From Treponema sp. (GTDB taxonomy: Bacteria; Spirochaetota; Spirochaetia; Treponematales; Breznakiellaceae): a stretch of DNA of 37,370 nt. The DNA lies in NCBI GenBank assembly GCA_031276685.1, contig JAISMQ010000071.1, positions 1 to 37,370 of the forward strand. Reading direction: 5' to 3'. The position numbers were made by a program, and so were the translations under genes. Shown here in pieces: positions 8,883 to 17,829 of this stretch (position 1 is the stretch's first letter; the number at the start of each line of letters is the position of its first letter). Below the pieces are notes generated by a model that saw only the letters and a program-made list of their open reading frames with translations, did not search any database and had not been told where the DNA came from.

Positions 8883-9689
8883 TTACGCCTTAACTTCCCC
8901 AAAAAGACCGTCCCGGTAAGCGCCGATGTACTCCATGCACATCTCGTCCTTGCCCAGCAGGGCTTCGGCGGCGTAGATAAGGCCCAGCATGTCCTCGTTG
9001 GTGGGGTCGATAATGGCGCTGTCCATGCCGGCGCCCATGCAGAGGATGATAAAGCTGCGGTTGACAAACTTCCGCATCGGCAGGTTGAACGAGATATTGC
9101 TGGCGCCCGATGTGATGTGTACGTCGGGGCAGATTTCTTTTACCGTTTTGATGGTTTCGATGATCTTGGCGATACCGTCTTCGGAGGTGCAGAGCATCTC
9201 CACCACGGGGTCGACAAAGAGGTGGGACGGGTCGATCCCGTACTCCTTTGCCTTCGCGAGGATGCCCTTGAAAACGCCGATGCGCTGCTCCGCCGACTGG
9301 GGGATGCCCGTGTTGTCGCACAGCAGGGCGATGCAGTTCCATTCGGTACCCGCGATAACCGGGAAGATCTTCCCGATCTTGTCGCCTTCCAGCGACACCG
9401 AGTTTACCAGGCCCGGTTTTTTGCAGAATTTGACGGCTTCGGCAAAAACCCCGGGGTTGGGGCTGTCCAGGCAGATGGGGAGATCCGATTCCTGCTGGAC
9501 CAGATCGACCAGCCATTTAAGGGTTTCAATTTCCTGTTCGGGGGAAACCGAGGCGCAGACATCAAGGTAGGACGCCCTGGCGGCTGTCTGCTTCCGGGCC
9601 AGGCTTTTAATGAATTTTTCGTTCCGTTCGGCAATGGCGGCGCCGGTTTTGGGAATGGATCCGTTGATCTTCTCACCAATGATAATCAC
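8883..9689 (-). CDS. acsE: Methyltetrahydrofolate:corrinoid methyltransferase (AcsE/MeTr-like, pterin-binding domain)
   Basis: From GTG 9689 the protein begins (M)IIIGEKINGSIP, the same N-terminus type as MeTr (MLIIGERING...). SD GAGGTG lies 6 nt upstream. The pterin-binding TIM-barrel pattern continues throughout. The track start at 9752 adds 21 unsupported residues. Confidence 0.85.
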   Translation of the reverse strand: MIIIGEKINGSIPKTGAAIAERNEKFIKSLARKQTAARASYLDVCASVSPEQEIETLKWLVDLVQQESDLPICLDSPNPGVFAEAVKFCKKPGLVNSVSLEGDKIGKIFPVIAGTEWNCIALLCDNTGIPQSAEQRIGVFKGILAKAKEYGIDPSHLFVDPVVEMLCTSEDGIAKIIETIKTVKEICPDVHITSGASNISFNLPMRKFVNRSFIILCMGAGMDSAIIDPTNEDMLGLIYAAEALLGKDEMCMEYIGAYRDGLFGEVKA

Positions 9690-9723
9690 AGTGATCACCT
9701 CGCGTAGAATATTTGTAAGTCCT

Positions 9724-9750
9724 GCGGAAATTCCACTGTGGAATTTCCGC
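9724..9750. promoter_or_regulatory. Perfect 13-1-13 palindrome, candidate operator in the acsE / metF divergent intergenic region
   Basis: GCGGAAATTCCAC-T-GTGGAATTTCCGC was read directly. It abuts a TAATAT hexamer (minus strand, 9751-9756) and lies about 35 nt upstream of the acsE-like GTG. Confidence 0.5.
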
Positions 9751-9922
9751 ATATTACCCCGCGATCCTAGATAGCCTTACCTTCCCTGTCAATTGAAAAC
9801 GGCCGGAAACGCCAAAGTGAGCAACATAAGGCTATTTTTGAGCATAAAAATCATGGTATGACAGTAAAATCTTGCCTATAACTGACAGGGTAACTGGTAA
9901 AAACAACCGGAGGTGTCAGTCG

Positions 9923-10720
9923 ATGCAGCATCACATTCAAAATAAAATATACCACGTAGAGATTCTTCCGCCCAAGCAGGCTACCGAAAAACTGCGGGAA
10001 GATTTGAAAAGCTTTACGGACAAGTACGAAAAGGTCCGGCAGAGCGGCAGGTGCGCCTGTATTACCGACAACGCCATGGGCCTGCTGGCCTTTCAGGGCG
10101 CCGAGTGTATTGAGGAGCTGGGCCTTGCGGTGAACAAGGGGCAGGTGATGATACACCTTAACACCTTCCACACCAAAGAAAATCTCCACGAGATACTGGA
10201 TTCCTGTAAAAAGCTGGGGATCGAATACCTCCTGGTGGTGTCGGGCGACGGGTCCGACCGGCTGCCCAAGCTCCAGCCTGCCGATGTGGGCGCGGGGGAC
10301 GCGCAGTCGGTAACTTCGGTGGAGCTGCTGCGTTACATCGGCCGGGAATACCCCGGGGTCTTTACCATGGGGGTGGCCTTTAACCCCTACGAGCCGCCGG
10401 AACACGAGTTTGAAAAGCTTAGGCGGAAATTTGACGCCGGGGCGTCTTTTATCATCACCCAGCCGATTATCGAGAAAAACGCCGTCATTGACGAAATGCT
10501 TGCAAAGTACCCCGGCGTGCCGGTGATTATCGAAGCCTGGATGAGCAAGAAGATAAGCCTGCTTTCCGACGCGGTGGGCTACACCATTCCGGAAGACACC
10601 CCCTTCGATCCCATCGCAACGTTAAAGCAGATCCACCAGGACTACCCCGGCTGCGGCGTGTACCTTTCGCTGCTGGGATTTAAAACCCAGTACCCGCTGA
10701 TTTCTGAAACCTGGAAGTGA
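9923..10720 (+). CDS. metF: Methylenetetrahydrofolate reductase (MetF family)
   Basis: MTHFR blocks are present: VEILPPK (cf. FEFFPP), LVVSGDG (cf. ALRGD), FDAGASFIITQP (cf. VDAGANRAITQF), VPVIIEAWM. I set the start at ATG 9923 with SD GGAGGTG 7 nt upstream. Confidence 0.85.
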   Translation: MQHHIQNKIYHVEILPPKQATEKLREDLKSFTDKYEKVRQSGRCACITDNAMGLLAFQGAECIEELGLAVNKGQVMIHLNTFHTKENLHEILDSCKKLGIEYLLVVSGDGSDRLPKLQPADVGAGDAQSVTSVELLRYIGREYPGVFTMGVAFNPYEPPEHEFEKLRRKFDAGASFIITQPIIEKNAVIDEMLAKYPGVPVIIEAWMSKKISLLSDAVGYTIPEDTPFDPIATLKQIHQDYPGCGVYLSLLGFKTQYPLISETWK

Positions 10721-10730
10721 GGAACCAATC

Positions 10731-11519
10731 ATGAAAATAGTCGTTTGCATCAAACAGGTCCCCGGAACAACGGACGCGAAAATTGACCCGGAAACAAAGC
10801 GCATTGTCCGCGAGGGCATTGCCGCGACCATCAACCCCTTCGACACCTACGCGATAGAGGAAGCGGTGCTGTTACGGAAAAAGTACGGCGGCGAGGTTAT
10901 CGCCCTTTCCATGGGGCCGGAACGCGCCCAGGCCGTTATCCGGGAGGCCATTTCGGTGGGCGCGGACCGGGGCCTGCTGCTTTCGGACCGGGCGTTTGGC
11001 GGTTCCGATACCTGGGCGACAAGCTACGTGCTTGCCAGGGTTATCGAAAAAATAGGCGGCGTGGATCTGGTGCTGTGCGGCAGGCAGGCGATTGACGGCG
11101 ACACCGCCCAGGTGGGGCCCGGCATCGCGGCCCACCTTGACTGGCAGCTTGCCGCGCATGTCATGGCCGTGGACGCCGTGTCCGGTACGACTATTACCGT
11201 GCGGCGCATGCACGAGGACGGCTGCGATATCTGCGAGTTGGATTTTCCGGCGGTAGTTACCGTGGTAAAGGGTATTAACACGCCGAGGATCCCCACCCTT
11301 AAAGGGCGGCTGGCGGCGGAAGAAGCCGAAATTCCCGTGTGGAAGCCCGCCGACATCGGCGCCGATCCCGGCAAGATCGGCCTTGACGGTTCCCCGACCA
11401 GGGTGGTGAAAACGGAGCCGCCGCCGCCCCGGGGCGGGGTGTCCAAAAAGATAAGCGGAACCCCCGGCGGCTGCGCGGCGGAACTTTTCAAAGAACTGAA
11501 ACAGCGCGGGATACTTTAA
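10731..11519 (+). CDS. etfB: Electron transfer flavoprotein beta subunit (EtfB/FixA-like)
   Basis: MKIVVCIKQVPGT... N-terminus and the DLVLCGRQAIDGDTAQVGP segment. It starts 10 nt after the metF stop. SD GAGGAA is present. Confidence 0.92.
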   Translation: MKIVVCIKQVPGTTDAKIDPETKRIVREGIAATINPFDTYAIEEAVLLRKKYGGEVIALSMGPERAQAVIREAISVGADRGLLLSDRAFGGSDTWATSYVLARVIEKIGGVDLVLCGRQAIDGDTAQVGPGIAAHLDWQLAAHVMAVDAVSGTTITVRRMHEDGCDICELDFPAVVTVVKGINTPRIPTLKGRLAAEEAEIPVWKPADIGADPGKIGLDGSPTRVVKTEPPPPRGGVSKKISGTPGGCAAELFKELKQRGIL

Positions 11520-11536
11520 GGAGACAGGCAAACAAA

Positions 11537-12556
11537 ATGCTGATTACCAACGATAGCGACAAGCAGGATTTTTCAAACGTATGGGTCATGGCAGAGATCT
11601 CCCAGGGGAAGCTGCACCCGGTTACCCACGAGCTTTTAGGCGCCGCCCGGCGTCTCGCTTCCCTGCGGAACAAGAAGGTCGGCGCGGTACTCTTTGGCGC
11701 CAAGGTTAAGGATCTTGCGGCCTCTCTTATCCCCTACGGCGCGGACCTTGTCATTGTTGTCGAAGATCCGCGCCTGGACGGATTTAACGACGAACTGGAA
11801 GGGCGGCTTTTGAAGCGGCTCATTGAAAAGTACAGGCCCGAGACCGTGCTTTACGGCGCGACCACGCGGGGAAGGGCCCTGGCGCCCCGGGCGGCGGTCA
11901 TGTGCAACTGCGGCCTTACCGCAGACTGCACCGGGCTCGATATCGATCCGGAAAACGGCGACCTACTCCAGACCCGCCCGGCCTTTGGCGGCAACATTAT
12001 GGCTACCATCCGCTGCTCAAAACACCGCCCGCAGATGGCCACCGTAAGGCCGCAGGTTATGAAGGCCCCCGCCCCGGATTCAGGACGCCGGGGGGAGATC
12101 CTTACCGAATCCGTAGACACATCCGAGGCGGAAAAGATCAAACGGATTCTCAAATACATCCGCAGCACCGAAGCGACGGTGAACCTGGCGGAAGCCCGGA
12201 TCATCGTTTCCGGCGGCCGGGCCATGAAGGGGAGCGAAGGCTTCAAGGTCCTTGAAGCCCTGGCGGCCCAGTTTGGCGGCGCGGTGGGCGCGAGCCGCGC
12301 GGCGGTTGACGCCGGGTGGATCTCTTACGCCCACCAGGTAGGCCAGACCGGGCAGACCGTACAGACCAAAGTCTACATCGCCTGCGGCATCTCCGGCCAG
12401 ATTCAGCATCTGGTGGGCATGCAGTCCTGCGAGACCATTATCGCCATCGACAAGAACCCGGACACCCCGATGATGCAAATGGCGGATATCGCGGTTTCCG
12501 GCGATCTTTTTGAAGTTGTCCCCGCGCTGACGGAACTTCTGAAAAAAAACTCATAG
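11537..12556 (+). CDS. etfA: Electron transfer flavoprotein alpha subunit (EtfA/FixB-like)
   Basis: GLTADCTGLDI, TRPAFGGNIMATI, and the C-terminal FAD-binding block VYIACGISGQIQHLVGM. Confidence 0.92.
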   Translation: MLITNDSDKQDFSNVWVMAEISQGKLHPVTHELLGAARRLASLRNKKVGAVLFGAKVKDLAASLIPYGADLVIVVEDPRLDGFNDELEGRLLKRLIEKYRPETVLYGATTRGRALAPRAAVMCNCGLTADCTGLDIDPENGDLLQTRPAFGGNIMATIRCSKHRPQMATVRPQVMKAPAPDSGRRGEILTESVDTSEAEKIKRILKYIRSTEATVNLAEARIIVSGGRAMKGSEGFKVLEALAAQFGGAVGASRAAVDAGWISYAHQVGQTGQTVQTKVYIACGISGQIQHLVGMQSCETIIAIDKNPDTPMMQMADIAVSGDLFEVVPALTELLKKNS

Positions 12557-12565
12557 GAGGCTGCC

Positions 12566-14239
12566 ATGTTAACCGACGCTGAAATCGCCCGGGCGGCGGC
12601 TCTGCAGCCGATTGCCGGCATAGCGGAAAAAATCGGCATCGCAAGCGACGATCTGGATTTTTACGGGAAGTACAAGGCCAAACTTTCGCGGGCGCTGCTC
12701 TCCCGGCTTTTTGCGAAACAGGAAAGCGGCAGGCTTATCCTGGTAACGGCTGTCAACCCTACGCCGGCGGGGGAAGGCAAAACTACCACCAGCGTGGGCC
12801 TTGCAATGGCCCTTAACCGCATCGGCAAGAAAACGGTCCTAGCCCTGCGGGAGCCATCCCTGGGGCCCGTGTTCGGCGTAAAGGGCGGCGCCGCCGGCGG
12901 CGGCTACTCACAGGTGCTGCCCATGGAGGAGATCAACCTTCACTTTACCGGGGACTTCCACGCCATTACCAGCGCGAACAACCTGCTTTCCGCGATGATC
13001 GACAATTCCCTCCAGCAGGGCAACCCTTTGGGGATCGATCCCAAGCGCATCCTCTTTGCGCGGGTCCTTGACATGAACGACCGCGCGCTGCGGAACGTTA
13101 TCGTGGGCCTTGGCGCAAAAGCTGACGGCGTTACCCGGCAGGAACGTTTTACGATCACGGTGGCGTCGGAAGTTATGGCGATACTGTGCCTGGTGACGGA
13201 TCTTGCGGATCTGAAAAAGCGCCTGGCGGGGATCCTGGTTGGCTATACCTACGAGGGGAAGCCCGTGTACTGCCGGGACCTGGGGGCGGAAGGATCCATG
13301 GCGGCCCTGCTGCGGGACGCCCTGCAGCCGAATCTGGTGCAGACCATCGAGGGGACCCCCTGCCTTATCCACGGCGGGCCCGTCGCCAATATCGCCCACG
13401 GCTGTAACTCGGTGCTTGCCACCAGGGCGGCCCTTAAGCTTGGGGACTACGCCATTACCGAAGCGGGTTTTGGCGCGGACCTGGGGGCGGAAAAGTTTAT
13501 CGATATCAAGTGCCGGTCGGCGGGGCTTGCCCCTTCCGCCGCCGTCCTGGTAGCCACGGTGCGGGCGCTCAAGTACAACGGCGGCGTGTCCAAGAATCAC
13601 CTTAAAGAGCCGAACCCCCAGGCCCTGCGGAAGGGTCTGCCGAACCTCCAGGCCCACCTTGAAAACCTTGCCAAGTTCGGCGTACCCGTCGTGACGGCTA
13701 TCAACCACTTCTACACGGACACCGATGAGGAGATCGACATTGTAAAAAAAGCGGCGGAAGCCGCCGGCTCGGAAGCGGTGGTGTCCAAAGCCTTCGCCGA
13801 AGGCGGCAAGGGCGCCGAAGAACTGGCGAAGGCGGTCGTCCGGGCGGCCGAGTCGGGCAAGGCCGCCTGCCGCCAGCTCTACGATACGGCGCTGCCGGTA
13901 AAAGAAAAAATCGCCATACTCGCCAAAGAGATCTACGGCGCGGGCGACGTTGTGTACAGCGCCGATGCCGAAAAGGGCGTCGCGGAGATCGACAAGCTCG
14001 GCCTTTCGGGGCTTCCGGTCTGCGTGGCGAAAACCCAATACTCCCTTTCGGACGATGCCGCGCTTCTGGGCCGCCCGCAGGGCTTTACCCTCCACGTCCG
14101 GGAACTGCGGCCCTCGGCGGGCGCGGGCTTCCTTGTGGCCGTTACCGGGGAAATCATGACCATGCCCGGCCTCCCCAAGCGTCCGGCGGCCCTGGACATT
14201 GACGTGGACGAAGCGGGAAATATCCTCGGTATCTTTTAA
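12566..14239 (+). CDS. fhs: Formate--tetrahydrofolate ligase
   Basis: Full-length FTHFS (557 aa) with the [15 protein letters not shown] nucleotide-binding motif. SD GGAGG is present. Confidence 0.97.
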   Translation: MLTDAEIARAAALQPIAGIAEKIGIASDDLDFYGKYKAKLSRALLSRLFAKQESGRLILVTAVNPTPAGEGKTTTSVGLAMALNRIGKKTVLALREPSLGPVFGVKGGAAGGGYSQVLPMEEINLHFTGDFHAITSANNLLSAMIDNSLQQGNPLGIDPKRILFARVLDMNDRALRNVIVGLGAKADGVTRQERFTITVASEVMAILCLVTDLADLKKRLAGILVGYTYEGKPVYCRDLGAEGSMAALLRDALQPNLVQTIEGTPCLIHGGPVANIAHGCNSVLATRAALKLGDYAITEAGFGADLGAEKFIDIKCRSAGLAPSAAVLVATVRALKYNGGVSKNHLKEPNPQALRKGLPNLQAHLENLAKFGVPVVTAINHFYTDTDEEIDIVKKAAEAAGSEAVVSKAFAEGGKGAEELAKAVVRAAESGKAACRQLYDTALPVKEKIAILAKEIYGAGDVVYSADAEKGVAEIDKLGLSGLPVCVAKTQYSLSDDAALLGRPQGFTLHVRELRPSAGAGFLVAVTGEIMTMPGLPKRPAALDIDVDEAGNILGIF

Positions 14240-15060
14240 TGGCTATTCTGTCCCCGGCGCAGATCTTCGATCACGCCGTTGCCGCCGGGGTGGCGAAAAC
14301 CGGCAGGAAGTTTTTAAGCACCCTTGTGCTGGCCTTCCTTGCGGGGGCCTTTATCGCCTTTGGCGCGGAAGGTTCCAACATGGCGGCCTTCAACCTCCTT
14401 TCAAAGCCCGAAACCTACGGGCTGGGCCGGGCCCTGGCGGGCGCCGTTTTCGGTATCGGTTTGATGCTGGTTCTGATCGCCGGGGGCGAACTTTTTACGG
14501 GCAACTGCCTTATCATCGCGGGGGTTCTTGACCGCAAAGTAAGCTGTTCAAAAATGCTCCTTAACTGGCTCGTGGTGTACGCGGGCAACTTCGCGGGCGC
14601 CCTGTGCATCGCTTATTTTATGAACGTATCGGGGTTGTTTTCCGGGGGCGGCGGCCTTTTGGGCGGCATGACCATAAGAATAGCCGCCGGAAAAACGGCC
14701 CTTTCGTTCTGGCCCGCCTTTGTCCTGGGGGTCCTGTGCAATTGGATGGTGTGCCTTGCGGTGTGGGTTTCATACGCGGCGGACGAACTTCCGGGGAAAC
14801 TTCTGGCCTGTTTTTTTGTCATCTTCCTCTTTGTCACCTCGGGCTTTGAACACAGCGTCGCCAACATGTACTACGTGCCCGCCGGCATTTTCGCAAAGGC
14901 AAACGGCGCCTGGGCCGCCGTTTCGGGCGTCCCGGCGTCCCAGCTTGAATCCCTTAACTGGGGCAATTTTGTGGTAAAAAACCTTTTCCCCGTTACCCTG
15001 GGGAACATTGCCGGCGGTTCCGGTATGGTAGGCGCGCTGTACTGGCTTGGATTGAAATAG
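14239..15060 (+). CDS. fdhC: Formate/nitrite transporter family channel (FdhC/FocA-like)
   Basis: FNT family: six hydrophobic helices and the FEHSVANMYY motif. The ATG overlaps the fhs TAA (TAATG). Confidence 0.9.
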   Translation: MAILSPAQIFDHAVAAGVAKTGRKFLSTLVLAFLAGAFIAFGAEGSNMAAFNLLSKPETYGLGRALAGAVFGIGLMLVLIAGGELFTGNCLIIAGVLDRKVSCSKMLLNWLVVYAGNFAGALCIAYFMNVSGLFSGGGGLLGGMTIRIAAGKTALSFWPAFVLGVLCNWMVCLAVWVSYAADELPGKLLACFFVIFLFVTSGFEHSVANMYYVPAGIFAKANGAWAAVSGVPASQLESLNWGNFVVKNLFPVTLGNIAGGSGMVGALYWLGLK

Positions 15061-15095
15061 GATAAACTGGATGAACGAAAAGGAGGGCAGATACC

Positions 15096-15962
15096 ATGGC
15101 GATTATCATTGACGGCAAGGCCATAGCCGCAAAAGTCCGGGACGATGTGAGGCTCCGCACGCAAAAACTAACGGAGCGGGGGATACGGCCCTGCCTGGCG
15201 GTGATCCTTGTCGGAGAAAACCCCGCGTCGGTATCCTACGTGACCGGCAAAGAAAAAGCCCTGGCGGAAGCGGGAATGGACGGGCGGGACATCAGGCTTC
15301 CTGCGGCCACCAGCGAAGCGGAACTCCTTGCCCTTATCGCCGCCCTGAACGCCGACAGCGCGGTACACGGGATTCTTGTGCAGCTCCCGCTTCCCCCGCA
15401 CATCAGCGAGGACCGGGTAATAAACGCCATCAGCCCCGAAAAAGACGTGGACGGTTTTCACCCCGTGTCGGTGGGGAACATGGTCCTGGGCAGGCCCGGC
15501 TTCCTGCCCTGTACGCCCAACGGGATCGTGTACCTGCTCAAGGAGATGCAGATCAAAACCGCCGGGGCCCACGCGGTTATCCTGGGCAGGTCGAACATCG
15601 TGGGGAAGCCCCTGGCCAGCCTGCTTATCAGGCGGGACGTGAACGCCACGGTCACCGTCTGCCACACGGGGACGCCGGATTTTTCACTCTACACAAAACA
15701 GGCGGACATCCTTATTGCCGCGGTGGGAAAGCCCGGCCTGGTGACCGCCGGCATGGTAAAGCCCGGCGCGGCGGTTATCGATGTCGGCGTCAACCGCGTG
15801 CCGGATTCCTCCCGGAAATCGGGCTTCGTCCTCCGGGGCGATGTTGACTACGACGCCATCGAAAAAATCGCGGGCTGGATCACCCCCGTGCCCGGCGGCG
15901 TCGGCCCCATGACCATCGCCATGCTCATGCGGAACGTAGTCGAAGCCGCCGAGACCCCGTAG
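15096..15962 (+). CDS. folD: Bifunctional methylene-THF dehydrogenase / methenyl-THF cyclohydrolase
   Basis: Typical FolD sequence (SYV.GKEKA, GILVQLPLP, DVDGFHP, GRSNIVGKP, PVPGGVGPMT). Confidence 0.95.
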   Translation: MAIIIDGKAIAAKVRDDVRLRTQKLTERGIRPCLAVILVGENPASVSYVTGKEKALAEAGMDGRDIRLPAATSEAELLALIAALNADSAVHGILVQLPLPPHISEDRVINAISPEKDVDGFHPVSVGNMVLGRPGFLPCTPNGIVYLLKEMQIKTAGAHAVILGRSNIVGKPLASLLIRRDVNATVTVCHTGTPDFSLYTKQADILIAAVGKPGLVTAGMVKPGAAVIDVGVNRVPDSSRKSGFVLRGDVDYDAIEKIAGWITPVPGGVGPMTIAMLMRNVVEAAETP

Positions 15963-15997
15963 CGCCGGGGCCGCATGGCGCTGAAGCGCGACAGTCT

Positions 15998-16978
15998 TTA
16001 AGACACCCCGCCCGGTTCGCGGATCGCAAGCTTGTCGCAGCGCCGGAAGCCGTGTTCCGCCATGTACAGGGCGATGCCGTCGATAATTTCCGTCATGGCG
16101 CAGGGATTGGCGAAGGTTGCCGATCCAACCTGGACAGCCGCAGCCCCGGCCAGAAGAAATTCCAGGGCGTCCTCCGCGTTGGCAATGCCCCCCATGCCCA
16201 CGATGGGGACGGGCGGCCGGGGGGCGCCGGGGGGCCGCAGGGCTTCCCACAGTTCCCAGACCATACGCAGGGCGATGGGCCTGACGGCGGGGCCGGAAAG
16301 GCCGGCGCTGGTGTTGTCGAAAACAGGCCGCCGCAGGCGGGTATCAATCGCCATGGCTTTGAAGGTGTTTACCAGTGAAAGGGCGTCCGCGCCGGATTTG
16401 ACGCAGGCGCGGGCCACCGCCGCCAGGTCCGGGGCGTTGGGGGAAAGCTTTACCATAAGCGGCTTGTCCGGGGCCGCCCCGCGCACCCGTCCGGTTACAA
16501 GCGCGGCGGCCTCCGCCTCCAGGCCAAAGGCCATGCCCCCGGCTTTTACGTTGGGGCAGGAAATGTTGAGTTCGATCATGTCAATCGCCGCATGGTTAAG
16601 GAGGGCCGCCCCCTCCGCGTATTCCTCCGCCGTGGAACCCGAAAGATTGGCGATAACCGCCGGGCCCAGGCTGCGGAGGGCGGGGAGTTCGTGTTCGATA
16701 AAAGCCGGAATACCGGGGTTCTCCAGGCCGATGGAATTCATCAGCCCCGCCGGGGTTTCGTGGAGCCGCTGCCCGCCGTTGCCCGGCCGCGGATTAAGGG
16801 TAAGGCCCTTGGTGCAGATACCGCCAAGCCGGGCAATATCCAGGAGCCCCGCGTACTCCCTGCCGTAACCAAAGGTCCCGGACGCGGCAATCACGGGGTT
16901 TCTGAACAGGACCCCTGCGATGGTAACCGACAGGTCGGGGCCGGGCCGGCCGGGAAGAGGCGGGGTAGGATCCGTCAC
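15998..16978 (-). CDS. pyrD: Dihydroorotate dehydrogenase 1B catalytic subunit
   Basis: NPVIAASGTFGYG and the class-1 DHOD pattern. I set the start at GTG 16978, which overlaps the pyrK TGA (GTGA). The track extension to 17167 runs inside pyrK. Confidence 0.9.
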   Translation of the reverse strand: MTDPTPPLPGRPGPDLSVTIAGVLFRNPVIAASGTFGYGREYAGLLDIARLGGICTKGLTLNPRPGNGGQRLHETPAGLMNSIGLENPGIPAFIEHELPALRSLGPAVIANLSGSTAEEYAEGAALLNHAAIDMIELNISCPNVKAGGMAFGLEAEAAALVTGRVRGAAPDKPLMVKLSPNAPDLAAVARACVKSGADALSLVNTFKAMAIDTRLRRPVFDNTSAGLSGPAVRPIALRMVWELWEALRPPGAPRPPVPIVGMGGIANAEDALEFLLAGAAAVQVGSATFANPCAMTEIIDGIALYMAEHGFRRCDKLAIREPGGVS

Positions 16979-17820
16979 GGGTTCGCCCCCGTCGATGCGC
17001 TGAGGCCCGCCGCCGGAAAAATATCCGCCGCCGGGAAGATCGGGCCGTCGGCGCAGCAGCGCCGGTTCCCCGCCGCCGTCTTGACCGTGCAGCCCAGGCA
17101 GGCCCCCACGCCGCAGGCCATGGATCGCTCCATGCTGACATAGCAGGGGACCCCCGCAATCCGGCACTGTTCCGCCACCGCCCGGAGCATGGGCAGGGGG
17201 CCGCAGGCGAACACGCAGGGACGGCCCCGGTACTCCGCAAAATCCGGTATCCGCCCCCGGCGGCCCTCGCTCCCGTCCTCGCTGGCGACCAGCAGGGACG
17301 CCGCCCGGTCCCGCAGTGATTCCAGCCCAAAGGAAGCGGACCTGAACCCGGCGTACAGATCGAACCCGCCGCCCAGCTCGTCCCCCAGGGCCGCCAGCGG
17401 GGCAATGCCGATACCCCCGCCCACCAGGGCCGGGGCCCCGCCCAGGACCGCTTCGCCTGGCGGGGTATCCCCGTCCCCGGTTTCGCCGCGCGGAATGGCC
17501 TGCGGCAGAAAATCCTTCCAGCGGTTACCCAGAGGCCCGGTAAGGGCCGCCCCTTCCCCCGCCCGCAGTTGGCCAAGCTCCCCGGTCCCCCGGCCTTTTT
17601 TCAGCACCAGAAAACTAAGCCGGCGGGAAACCCCGTCCCAGCGGTAGACGCTGATGGGCCGGGGGAGAAAGGGGCTCCCCCTCTGTGCCCTGATCATGAA
17701 AAACTGCCCCGCCGCCGGCGCCGGGCCGGGCCATTCAAAATCGAGGCGGAAAACGGCGGCGCCAAGATCGGCCCTGGCGATCAGCGGGCAGATTAGGTAG
17801 CGCCTGGGGGAAGGAGCCAT
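16975..17820 (-). CDS. pyrK: Dihydroorotate dehydrogenase electron-transfer subunit
   Basis: FNR-like fold plus a C-terminal 2Fe-2S cysteine cluster (MACGVGACLGCTV...C). Confidence 0.9.
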   Translation of the reverse strand: MAPSPRRYLICPLIARADLGAAVFRLDFEWPGPAPAAGQFFMIRAQRGSPFLPRPISVYRWDGVSRRLSFLVLKKGRGTGELGQLRAGEGAALTGPLGNRWKDFLPQAIPRGETGDGDTPPGEAVLGGAPALVGGGIGIAPLAALGDELGGGFDLYAGFRSASFGLESLRDRAASLLVASEDGSEGRRGRIPDFAEYRGRPCVFACGPLPMLRAVAEQCRIAGVPCYVSMERSMACGVGACLGCTVKTAAGNRRCCADGPIFPAADIFPAAGLSASTGANP

Positions 17821-17829
17821 AGGCCAAAT

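Noticed and set aside
16979-17167. N-terminal extensions in ORF-track calls: pyrD to 17167, pyrF to 18954, pyrB to 20292, acsE to 9752, metF from 9872, SGNH from 27899, uraA to 31595, yidD to 35434, rfuA from 20710, rfuB from 21782, lipoprotein to 26266, thioesterase to 6483.
   Set aside because: The extensions overlap neighbouring genes or run through terminators and leader structures. They also have artefact-like composition. Internal starts have good SD sequences and reproduce the family N-termini.
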